A stretch of 64,000 nucleotides of DNA from Candidatus Omnitrophota bacterium (lineage in GTDB: Bacteria > Omnitrophota > Gorgyraeia > Gygaellales > UBA12090), in NCBI GenBank assembly GCA_030674475.1, contig JAUSCZ010000042.1, forward strand, positions 11,139-75,138. The letters are read 5' to 3'. Below are positions 1-8,333 of the stretch, piece after piece (position 1 is the first letter of the stretch; each line of letters starts with the position of its first letter). The position numbers and the translations under genes were made by a program. The notes below the pieces were generated by a model. It made no database searches. It had not been told where the DNA came from and saw nothing but the letters and a program-made list of their open reading frames with translations.

Positions 1-473
1 ATGAAACCAACCAGGATTTGGAGGGGATATTAGAGATTGCCCAAAAGGTCTCTAAATTAAGATTAGAGTCAGCGGGCCGTCCGGCCCAGGTGCGCCTAAG
101 CATATCATTTTTTGTGCCCAAGCCGCATACCTTTTTTGAACGCGAAAAGATGGAGAAGCGTGATAAGTTAAAAGAAAATATTTTATATCTAAGGGATAAG
201 GCCAGGAAGATCTCTAAAAAAATCACCCTGGATTTTCACAATTTAGAAACCAGCGTCATTGAGGCAGTTTTTTCCCGCGGGGATAGGTCTTTGGGAGAGG
301 TTATCTTGCGGGCTTATAATAATGGCTGCCTGTTGGATGGCTGGCCGGAGCATTTCAAGCCTGAACTTTGGCTTAAGGCTTTTAAAGAATCAGGGAAAGA
401 TTTTGATTTTTATCTCAGGGAAAGAAGCGCGGATGAGATTTTGCCCTGGCAGCATATTGATGTCAGCGCTTAA
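1..473 (+). CDS. C-terminal fragment of a radical SAM family protein (TIGR03960-like); 5' end lies outside the window
   Basis: The reading frame is open back to position 1. The tail contains ...ILPWQHIDV..., which matches the conserved C-terminal region of the B12-binding-domain radical SAM group as I remember it. The assignment is by memory only. Confidence 0.45.
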   Translation, partial: ETNQDLEGILEIAQKVSKLRLESAGRPAQVRLSISFFVPKPHTFFEREKMEKRDKLKENILYLRDKARKISKKITLDFHNLETSVIEAVFSRGDRSLGEVILRAYNNGCLLDGWPEHFKPELWLKAFKESGKDFDFYLRERSADEILPWQHIDVSA

Positions 474-591
474 ACCCGCTTCAATTTCATTGTCAGCTTG
501 ACTTTGGGGGGCAAGCGTTATAGTATATATAAGAAAGTAAAAAGGCAAAAGTAAAAAGGCAAAACTCTAGCTCTTAAACAGGGAGGAACTC

Positions 592-1956
592 ATGGCTAAA
601 AGCGCGTCATTATCTTCAAAAGGAATCAGGCATAAATTATTTACCGCTGTCTGCCTTATGTCCGTAATCCCTATTCTTGTCTGCCTTAATTTTGCTTTTC
701 CCAGCTTATTTGTAAGTTTTCTCTCTAAGACGAGCTTTAAGTTTATAATTTTAATAATGATTTCTATCTCTTTGCTTGGCTTTGTCTTAATTAAACAGAT
801 TATAGAGCATATTATCAGGATGGCCCGGGAGGTTAAGTCTATAGCTGAGGGTGATACGGATAAATATATTGAAATCAAAAGTGAAGATGAGATAGGCCAG
901 TTAGGCTCAGCCATAAATCAACTTACCGCCAGGATTAAGGAAAATCTGAATGAACTTGAAGATTATGGTTCAAAGACCGCCCAGATAAATATAGATATCC
1001 AAAAGAGGGTCGTGACTATGTCGGGGTTATTGCAGATTTCAAGCTTAATCACTAAAGGCGCCAAGCTGGATGATATTTTGCATCTTTGCGTGGAAAAACT
1101 CAAAAGCGTGGCGGATTCATCCGCGGCGTTTATTTTATTTTTAGATAGTAACGGTAAGATGGTGATGCGGGCCCAGACAGGCTTAAACGTGGAGTGCGGA
1201 GCGTCACTGGCTGAATCCGATGAATGTGTATCGCGGGTGTTTCAAGGCGGCGCTCTTACCGTTATTGATGCCAAGAACTTTAATGCTTCTTGCCTTAAGT
1301 TATTATCCCTCTTGAATATTAAAAATCTATTGTGTCTGCCTATTTATTTGGCGCATAAACCGGCGGCTATAGCCGGGGTAGGGAATAATATCCCTGATTT
1401 TATCTATAAGCGCGATGACCAGGAGTTGCTGGATATTTTCGTCAAGCAAATGGCTATTGCCATTGAAAGCGATTGGCTGACGGCTAAGGTGGAAGGCCTG
1501 GAGATCAAAGATATGCTTACGGGCTTGTATAATGAGCGTTATGTCCGCCACCATTTAGACGAGGAGATAAAGAGGGCGATAATTTATCAACGCCCGTGCG
1601 GTTTTGTCCTGGCCAGGATACAAAATTTTACTTCTTACCAGAAGCTGTATGGCCAGGTTGCCTCAGAATCTGTTTTTAAGAAAATTGCTTCTTCCTTGAG
1701 CGCTTCGTTCTCAGGCATAGAGAAAGTAGGGAGGTTCGCGGATTATGATTTTGCCGTAATCTTGCCGGAAAAGAACAAGCGTCAAGCCCAAAAAACAGCC
1801 GAAGAACTTCAGAAAAATGTGGAAACTCTTTTTCAAGATGAGCCGGTTAAAGATAAAAGACTGGGCATATCCATAGCGGTAGTTGAGAATCCTTTAGATG
1901 GAGTGGATTCGAATGAGCTCATATCCATTGCCCGGAATCTGCTGAATAATAAATAA
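592..1956 (+). CDS. Membrane-anchored HAMP-GAF-GGDEF-like signalling protein with a degenerate (AD-YDF) GGDEF motif, probably not catalytic
   Basis: Two N-terminal hydrophobic helices are followed by a HAMP-like amphipathic segment (IIEHIIRMAREVKSIAEGDTDKYIEIKSEDEIGQLGSAINQLTARIKENL). A GAF-like middle region comes next, then a C-terminal GGDEF fold (LTGLYNERY...RFADYDFAVILPE). RFADYDF sits where RxGGDEF should be and ARIQNF sits where the metal-binding DxDxF should be. Confidence 0.7.
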   Translation: MAKSASLSSKGIRHKLFTAVCLMSVIPILVCLNFAFPSLFVSFLSKTSFKFIILIMISISLLGFVLIKQIIEHIIRMAREVKSIAEGDTDKYIEIKSEDEIGQLGSAINQLTARIKENLNELEDYGSKTAQINIDIQKRVVTMSGLLQISSLITKGAKLDDILHLCVEKLKSVADSSAAFILFLDSNGKMVMRAQTGLNVECGASLAESDECVSRVFQGGALTVIDAKNFNASCLKLLSLLNIKNLLCLPIYLAHKPAAIAGVGNNIPDFIYKRDDQELLDIFVKQMAIAIESDWLTAKVEGLEIKDMLTGLYNERYVRHHLDEEIKRAIIYQRPCGFVLARIQNFTSYQKLYGQVASESVFKKIASSLSASFSGIEKVGRFADYDFAVILPEKNKRQAQKTAEELQKNVETLFQDEPVKDKRLGISIAVVENPLDGVDSNELISIARNLLNNK

Positions 1957-2044
1957 TTGCTATCAGCTGTCGGCTTTCAGCTTTCTGCTTTTTGCTGAGA
2001 GCTGAAAACTGCCGGCTGATGGCTTAAAAAAAGGATTATTCTTA

Positions 2045-2491
2045 ATGTCTGGCAAGAAGATTGTAAACAAAAAATTAGGTGAACTGTTAGTTGAAAAAGC
2101 GCTGGTTACCCAGGAACAGCTGGATGAGGCCTTGGAATTGCAAAAGGATAAAGGCGGCCTTATCGGGGAGATTTTGGTTGAGCTTAAATATACCACTGAG
2201 GATGATATCGCCAAAATGCTTACCGCCCAGTATGGTTTCGCTTATCTGCCGCTTTCTAATTACGAGATTGATCAGAGCCTGATCAATCTAATTCCTGAGC
2301 GGGTGGCCAGGCAGTATTGTCTTATCCCTATTGACAAAATAGGTACTAATTTAACCATAGCGATGAGTAATCCCTTAAACAGCCAAGCTGTGGAAGATAT
2401 GGAGACGCTTACTTCCTGCAGTGTGCAGACGTTTGTTTCTACTGCCTCCGACATAAAGCAGGCCATTGAGAGGTATTATAAAAACAAATAA
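2045..2491 (+). CDS. Stand-alone T2SSE_N / MshEN-like domain protein with no ATPase domain; candidate c-di-GMP receptor
   Basis: The 148 aa protein aligns with the N-termini of the PilB copies downstream. Two tandem ~24-residue motifs, KLGELLVEKALVTQEQLDEALELQ and LIGEILVELKYTTEDDIAKMLTAQ, resemble the MshEN consensus RLGxxLVxxGxIxxxxLxxALxxQ. Each motif has a glycine substitution. Confidence 0.65.
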   Translation: MSGKKIVNKKLGELLVEKALVTQEQLDEALELQKDKGGLIGEILVELKYTTEDDIAKMLTAQYGFAYLPLSNYEIDQSLINLIPERVARQYCLIPIDKIGTNLTIAMSNPLNSQAVEDMETLTSCSVQTFVSTASDIKQAIERYYKNK

Positions 2492-2561
2492 CTGCTTTCA
2501 GTCTTCTGCTGTCAGCTTTCTGCCGATAGCCGATAGCTGATAGCCGATAGCTGATTTAAAA

Positions 2562-4283
2562 ATGGCTTCTTTAAAAGAACGGATAGTCCAGATACTTATT
2601 CAAGATAAGCTGATTACTCAGGATAATCTTGAATGCGCTTTAAGAGTTCAGAAGGAAAAAGGAGGACAGCTTAGCGGAATTTTAACGGAACTGAAATTTG
2701 TTGATGAAAACAAGCTTCTGGCGGCTATGTCCAAAGTCTTCTCTAAGCCAAGTATTGACATAACTCGTTTCCAGATTGCTCCCGAGGTTTTAAAAATAAT
2801 CCCGCCTAATATCTGCCGGCAGTATCAAGTAATCCCGGTTTCCAAATTCGGCAGCGCCCTCACCCTGGCGATGGCTGACCCTATGAATATCCTCGCCCTT
2901 GATGACGTAAAGAGTCTGACCGGTTATCAGATAAATCCCATTATTGCCGATTCCCGCAAGATAACCCAGGCGATTAATCAATGCTATGGCGAGGTTTCCT
3001 CAAAATCGGTTATCGAAGGATTGATCCAGGGCATTTCAGCCGAAAATATAGAATTGATTGAAGATAGAGAAGAGGAAGCGATTTCTTCGGCTGAATTAGG
3101 CCGCCTTGTTCAGGAGGCCCCGATTGTTACCTTTGTCAACAAGGTATTTGAGCAGGCGGTTAATTTTAAGTCTTCGGATATTATGCTTGAGCCTCAGGAA
3201 AACAAACTGCGCGTTCGTTTTCGTATTGACGGTATGCTTAAAGAGCAGCCTGAATGCCCAAAAGAGATAAGCGCCCTTATTGTTTCGCGGGTTAAGGTTA
3301 TCTCGGGCTTAAATATCGCTGAGCATCGTCTTCCTCAAGACGGAAGATTTAAGATGAAAATCGGCTCCGGCGAGGTGGATTTCCGGGTTTCGGTGCTTCC
3401 TACTGTTTTAGGGGAGAAGGTAGTGCTGAGGATCCTGGATAAATCCCAGTTGAATCTGGATATTGAAAGGCTGGGTTTTCAGGAAAAAGCCCTTTCTGAA
3501 CTAAAAGAATGCGCTCTTAAGCCTTACGGGATGGTCCTGGCGACCGGGCCGACCGGAAGCGGAAAAACCACTACTTTATATTCTCTGATAAAATTAATTG
3601 ACCGCCCCAAGATTAATATCGTTACCGTTGAAGATCCGGTTGAGTTTCAGATTCCGGGGATAAACCAAGTGAATGTCCAGCCGGAGATAGGGCTTACTTT
3701 CGCCTCAGCCTTACGTTCCATCTTAAGGCAGGATCCCAATGTGATTATGATCGGCGAAATCAGAGATTCTCAGACGGTAGATATTGCCATAAAGTCCGCG
3801 TTGACCGGACATTTAGTTTTATCCACTCTGCATACCACGACTGCCTGCGGGGCAGTGGTGCGCTTAATGAATATGGGGATAGAGCCTTTTTTAATTAACT
3901 CGGCAATAAACTGTATCGCGGCCCAAAGATTGGCCCGGGTTCTTTGCTCGGACTGTAAGGAGAAATATGAACTTAAAGAAGATGTTGCCCTTAAGCTTAA
4001 ACTCACCGTCAGAGACAAGAAAGAGCCGTATATTTTTTTCAGGCCCAAAGGCTGTGGTAAATGTTTCCATACCGGGTATCGCGGGAGGGTAGTTTTGGCG
4101 GAGGTCTTGGTTTTGAGCCCTAAGATAAAGGAGCTGATTTTCAGCCGTTCCCAGGAGCACGCGCTAAAACAGGCCGCCAGGGCCGAGGGGATGCAGACCT
4201 TAAGGGAAGACGGCTTGTTTAAAGTCCGCAGCGGAGTAATTTCACTTGAAGAGATGCTTCGGGTGAGCGGGGGAGATGAGTAA
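2562..4283 (+). CDS. pilB: PilB/GspE-family type IV pilus / T2SS assembly ATPase, copy 1
   Basis: N-terminal MshEN-like motifs (RIVQILIQDKLITQDNLECALRVQ and LSGILTELKFVDENKLLAAM). Walker A GPTGSGKTTTLYS. His-box LTGHLVLSTLHT. C-terminal tetracysteine CSDC...CGKC. Confidence 0.9.
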   Translation: MASLKERIVQILIQDKLITQDNLECALRVQKEKGGQLSGILTELKFVDENKLLAAMSKVFSKPSIDITRFQIAPEVLKIIPPNICRQYQVIPVSKFGSALTLAMADPMNILALDDVKSLTGYQINPIIADSRKITQAINQCYGEVSSKSVIEGLIQGISAENIELIEDREEEAISSAELGRLVQEAPIVTFVNKVFEQAVNFKSSDIMLEPQENKLRVRFRIDGMLKEQPECPKEISALIVSRVKVISGLNIAEHRLPQDGRFKMKIGSGEVDFRVSVLPTVLGEKVVLRILDKSQLNLDIERLGFQEKALSELKECALKPYGMVLATGPTGSGKTTTLYSLIKLIDRPKINIVTVEDPVEFQIPGINQVNVQPEIGLTFASALRSILRQDPNVIMIGEIRDSQTVDIAIKSALTGHLVLSTLHTTTACGAVVRLMNMGIEPFLINSAINCIAAQRLARVLCSDCKEKYELKEDVALKLKLTVRDKKEPYIFFRPKGCGKCFHTGYRGRVVLAEVLVLSPKIKELIFSRSQEHALKQAARAEGMQTLREDGLFKVRSGVISLEEMLRVSGGDE

Positions 4284-5971
4284 TGGCTGTTTTTAAAGAA
4301 AGATTGACGGAGTTGTTAGTTACTCAAGGCATCCTTTCTAAGGAGAGGCTCCAGGAGGCCTTTGAAATTCAGAAGAAAAAGGCCGTTTCCTTAAGAGAAG
4401 TCTTGCTAAAAGAGGGCTTTGTTGATGAGGCCAAGCTCATTTCCGTATTGTCCGAGTCGCTTTATATACCTACCTTAAATTTATCCAACTACCGGATTGA
4501 CGCGTCTTTAGCCGAAGTTGTTCCGGAAAGGATGTCCCGCCAATATCACCTGGTGCCGATTTCCCGTATCGGCGATAATCTTACCGTGGCCATGGCTGAT
4601 CCTTTGAATATATTTGCTTTGGATGATTTAAGGCTTTTTACCGGACATAGAATAGAGCCGGTTATCGCTTTAGAGAAAGATATCCTTCTGGCTATAAATA
4701 GCGTCTACCGGCATAAGGAGCATAATGTTTCTTTATTGGAGCAAGAAAAGGAAGCCGGCGGCCGCCTCTCTCAAGATACGGTAGTCAAGGTGGATGATTT
4801 TAGAGATCAGACTAACGCCGCGCCGATTGTCAAGATTATTAATCTAATGATATTGGAGGCGCTCAAGAAGAGGGCTTCGGATATACATGTAGAGCCGCAG
4901 GAATTTGATGTGAGGATTCGTTACCGTATTGACGGTGAGTTGGCTGACGCCTTTAGAATACCCAAAAGCAACCAGAACGCGATAATTGCCAGGCTCAAAA
5001 TTATCTCAGGGCTGGATACCACCGAGACCCGTCTGCCGCAAGACGGCAGGTTTAAAATAAAATCCGCGGATAAGGAGGTTGATTTTAGGGTTTCCTCTCT
5101 TCCCACCAGCTTCGGCCAGAAGATGGTGCTGCGCATTTTAGATAAATCTTCTCTCTCTTTAGGCCTCCAGCGCCTGGGATTCTCGAGTCAGGCTAGGTCT
5201 GCTTTTAATGAGGTAATCCATAAACCCTATGGAATGATTTTGGTAACCGGCCCTACCGGAAGCGGCAAATCCACAACTCTGTATTCTGTCTTGAGCCAGC
5301 TGAACACCCCGGAAAAAAATATAATTACCATTGAAGACCCGGTTGAATATCAGCTTGCCGGGATTAGCCAGATTCAGGTTAATTCTGAAATAAGCCTGGA
5401 TTTTGCCTCGGGGCTGCGTTCTATTTTAAGGCAGAGTCCGGATGTGATTTTAATCGGTGAAATCAGGGACGGAGAAACTGCCGATATCGCGGTCAAGGCC
5501 GCTCTTACCGGGCATCTGGTCATGTCCACTTTGCATACCAATAACGCCAGTCAGGTTATCACCAGGTTGGTAGATATGGGTGTAGAGCCTTTTCTGGTTG
5601 CTTCCAGTTTAATTATGAGTTCGGCCCAGCGTCTGATACGGCTTATCTGCGCTCATTGTAAAGAGCCTGATAATGATGTCTCGCGGCCCATACTGAAGAG
5701 TTTAGGCCTCAGCCCGGATATCGCGCTGTTTCGCGGCCGGGGATGCCGTCTTTGCGGCAATACCGGATTTTACGGCAGAAACGCTTTGCTGGAAATTTTG
5801 ATGATTGATGATATAATAAAAGAAATGGTGGTAAAGGGTTCTTCCTCCCAGCAGATTGAAGATTACGCGGTTTCTAAGCTGGGTATGAAGACCCTGCGTC
5901 AGGAGGCCATAGACAAGGCCAAGGAAGGCTTAACTACCCTGGCGGAGGTGGTAAGGGTTACCGCGGAGTAA
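4283..5971 (+). CDS. pilB: PilB/GspE-family assembly ATPase, copy 2 (tandem paralog)
   Basis: Its start overlaps the stop of copy 1. N-terminal RLTELLVTQGILSKERLQEAFEIQ is a good MshEN match. Walker A GPTGSGKSTTLYS. LTGHLVMSTLHT. CAHC...CRLC zinc motif. Confidence 0.9.
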   Translation: MAVFKERLTELLVTQGILSKERLQEAFEIQKKKAVSLREVLLKEGFVDEAKLISVLSESLYIPTLNLSNYRIDASLAEVVPERMSRQYHLVPISRIGDNLTVAMADPLNIFALDDLRLFTGHRIEPVIALEKDILLAINSVYRHKEHNVSLLEQEKEAGGRLSQDTVVKVDDFRDQTNAAPIVKIINLMILEALKKRASDIHVEPQEFDVRIRYRIDGELADAFRIPKSNQNAIIARLKIISGLDTTETRLPQDGRFKIKSADKEVDFRVSSLPTSFGQKMVLRILDKSSLSLGLQRLGFSSQARSAFNEVIHKPYGMILVTGPTGSGKSTTLYSVLSQLNTPEKNIITIEDPVEYQLAGISQIQVNSEISLDFASGLRSILRQSPDVILIGEIRDGETADIAVKAALTGHLVMSTLHTNNASQVITRLVDMGVEPFLVASSLIMSSAQRLIRLICAHCKEPDNDVSRPILKSLGLSPDIALFRGRGCRLCGNTGFYGRNALLEILMIDDIIKEMVVKGSSSQQIEDYAVSKLGMKTLRQEAIDKAKEGLTTLAEVVRVTAE

Positions 5972-5989
5972 GGGAACGCAGAGAAAAAT

Positions 5990-7054
5990 ATGAGCCAGGG
6001 CAGAATATTATTAATCTCAGACAGTCAATTAATGAATAAGGCCTTGGTAGAAATACTAGCCAATAGGGATTATGAAACGGTTATTTCTGTTGATAGCGGC
6101 TCTGCCTTAAGGTATTTGGATAATGATTTTGATTTGGTTATTTTAAGATGCGGCCTCAGTGCCTGTGATATAAAGAATTTTGTTCAGGATCTCATTGTCA
6201 GGGATTCGTCGCTGGTGATACTGCTTATGGTGGAAGACAGCGATTTTGATTTAACCAGAGAATTTCCCACCAGCGGTATCTTTGAGACAGTAAGGTTCCC
6301 CATACATAATGTCGAAAGTTTTGCTTTTCTGGTAAAGACAGCCTCTCACGCGCATTCCTCAATCGTTTCATATAAAAGGATACTATTGAGCCTGGAGGAG
6401 CGTAACTCTTCTTTACAGAAGCAGAATATGCTTCTGGCTAACCGGGTTGAGGAATCAAGTAAAAACTTAGGGCGTATGTATGAAGATCTGCGTAAAACCT
6501 ACGTGCATACGGTTAAATCTTTAATTGAGGCGATTGACGCCCGGGACCATTATACCCGAAGCCACTCCGAGAAGGTGTCCCGCCGCGCGGTTTTGATTGC
6601 CGAGGAGATGGGGTTATCGGTAAAAGAAATAGAGACGATACGCCAGGCAGGAGAATTGCATGATGTGGGCAAAATCGGCATCGAGGATAGTATTTTAACT
6701 AAACCCGCAGCGCTTAATGATGAGGAATGGGTGAAGATGAGATTACATTCAATTAAAGGCGCCCAAATTCTAGAGCCGCTTACCTTTTTGGGCGATGTAG
6801 CTTCGATTGTCCGCCAGAATCATGAACGTTACGGCGGCGGCGGTTATCCTGACGGCCTCAAAGGCGAAGAGATTGCCCTGGGGGCAAGGATAATCAGCCT
6901 TGCCGACGCCTATGATGTTATGACTTCAATAAGAAGTTACCGCAAGGATGTTTTTAGCAAAGAGCAGGCAATTGAAGAAGTAAAACGTAATTCGGGAAAA
7001 CAATTTGATCCTAAAGTGGTCGAGGCATTCTTAAGGATAGCGGATAAATTCTAA
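5990..7054 (+). CDS. HD-GYP c-di-GMP phosphodiesterase with an N-terminal degenerate (pseudo) receiver domain
   Basis: The C-terminal half carries HYTRSH...LHDVGKIGI...HERYGGGGYPDGL, i.e. HD plus GYP. The N-terminal ~120 aa has a receiver-like fold, but the phospho-acceptor position reads DLVILRCGL, with Arg where Asp is expected. Confidence 0.8.
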   Translation: MSQGRILLISDSQLMNKALVEILANRDYETVISVDSGSALRYLDNDFDLVILRCGLSACDIKNFVQDLIVRDSSLVILLMVEDSDFDLTREFPTSGIFETVRFPIHNVESFAFLVKTASHAHSSIVSYKRILLSLEERNSSLQKQNMLLANRVEESSKNLGRMYEDLRKTYVHTVKSLIEAIDARDHYTRSHSEKVSRRAVLIAEEMGLSVKEIETIRQAGELHDVGKIGIEDSILTKPAALNDEEWVKMRLHSIKGAQILEPLTFLGDVASIVRQNHERYGGGGYPDGLKGEEIALGARIISLADAYDVMTSIRSYRKDVFSKEQAIEEVKRNSGKQFDPKVVEAFLRIADKF

Positions 7055-7055
7055 A

Positions 7056-8258
7056 ATGTCAGTCTATAAATATAGCGCCAAAAATAAAAACTCTGAAAGC
7101 GTAGAGGGAACATTAGAGGCCGGATCTCAGGCTGAAGCGGAGAATATTCTGCACTCTAAAGGCTTGCTGATTGTTTCTTTAAAAAATATCCCGGACAGGC
7201 AGTTAAAGAAAACCCGGGATAGGAAAGTTTCCCTTGATGCCCTGGTGATTTTTTCCCGCCAGCTGGCTACTATGATTGACAGCGGCATAACCCTGGTCGC
7301 GGCCTTAGAGATACTTAAAGACCAGATAGACGACCGCGCGCTCTGCGCTATAATTTCCAAGATATACCGCGATGTGCAGGAGGGAAAAAGTTTTTGCGAT
7401 TCTACGGCAAAATATCCCGCCGCTTTTTCTGATTTTTATATCAATATGATTAAGGCCGGAGAGGCCTCCGGAAGGCTGGATGAGGTCCTGGAAAGGCTGG
7501 CGGTGTTTCTGGAGAAGACCGCCGCCCTAATCAGAAAGGTGCAGTCAAGTTTGGTGTATCCGGCGGTTATAATAACCATGGCTATTTCTATAACCGTATT
7601 TTTGATGATAAAAGTTGTCCCTACCTTTAAGGGTATTTTTGCTACCTTAGGGGGTGAATTACCGGTTCCGACGCAGATATTAATTCTCGCCAGCGATACT
7701 TTAAAAAATTATTTTTTATTCATTCTGATTGCTTTGGGGGTGTTATCATTTTTACTGCGGCGTTACATCAAGACTCCTTCCGGAAGACGAATGTTCGATA
7801 AGCTTACTTTAAAAGTTCCCATATTCGGGCCTCTTTTTCTTAAGGCGGCGGTGGCCAGATTTGCCCGGACTTTTTCTACTTTGGTAAAAAGCGGCGTGCC
7901 TATCTTGAATACCTTAGAGATCGTTTCCAAAACTGCCGGGAATAAAATAATCGAACAGGCGGTGGAAAACGCCCGGCAGGCAATCCGTCAGGGTGAACCT
8001 TTGTATCAGCCTTTAGATAAAGCCAATGTTTTTCCGGCAATGGTAATCAGGATGATCAAGGTTGGCGAGCAGGCCGGAGAGCTGGAGAAGATGCTTTCCA
8101 AGATAGCCGATTTTTATGAAGAGCAGGTGGATGTCGCGGTAAGCAGTATGACCAGCCTGATTGAGCCTTTAGTGATTGCCGTTTTGGGTATACTTATCGG
8201 CGGAATTGTCCTGGCTCTTTTCCTTCCTATATTTAAAATAACCACATTGATAGGTTAA
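7056..8258 (+). CDS. pilC: PilC/GspF inner-membrane platform protein
   Basis: 400 aa with the typical GspF-family duplicated cytoplasmic domains, an N-terminus of the pattern YKYSAKNKNSESVEGTLEA..AEAENIL..GL, and three TM segments. Confidence 0.9.
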   Translation: MSVYKYSAKNKNSESVEGTLEAGSQAEAENILHSKGLLIVSLKNIPDRQLKKTRDRKVSLDALVIFSRQLATMIDSGITLVAALEILKDQIDDRALCAIISKIYRDVQEGKSFCDSTAKYPAAFSDFYINMIKAGEASGRLDEVLERLAVFLEKTAALIRKVQSSLVYPAVIITMAISITVFLMIKVVPTFKGIFATLGGELPVPTQILILASDTLKNYFLFILIALGVLSFLLRRYIKTPSGRRMFDKLTLKVPIFGPLFLKAAVARFARTFSTLVKSGVPILNTLEIVSKTAGNKIIEQAVENARQAIRQGEPLYQPLDKANVFPAMVIRMIKVGEQAGELEKMLSKIADFYEEQVDVAVSSMTSLIEPLVIAVLGILIGGIVLALFLPIFKITTLIG

Positions 8259-8333
8259 TAATTCACGCCGCAAACCACAATCTTTCAGGCTAAAGCGTAA
8301 AGCCTGTAGTATGCGGCGACTTAATTAAACACT

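Noticed and set aside
567-914. 115 aa minus-strand ORF overlapping the start of the HAMP-GAF-GGDEF gene
   Set aside because: It is antisense to a well-supported gene, has low complexity, and shows no RBS.
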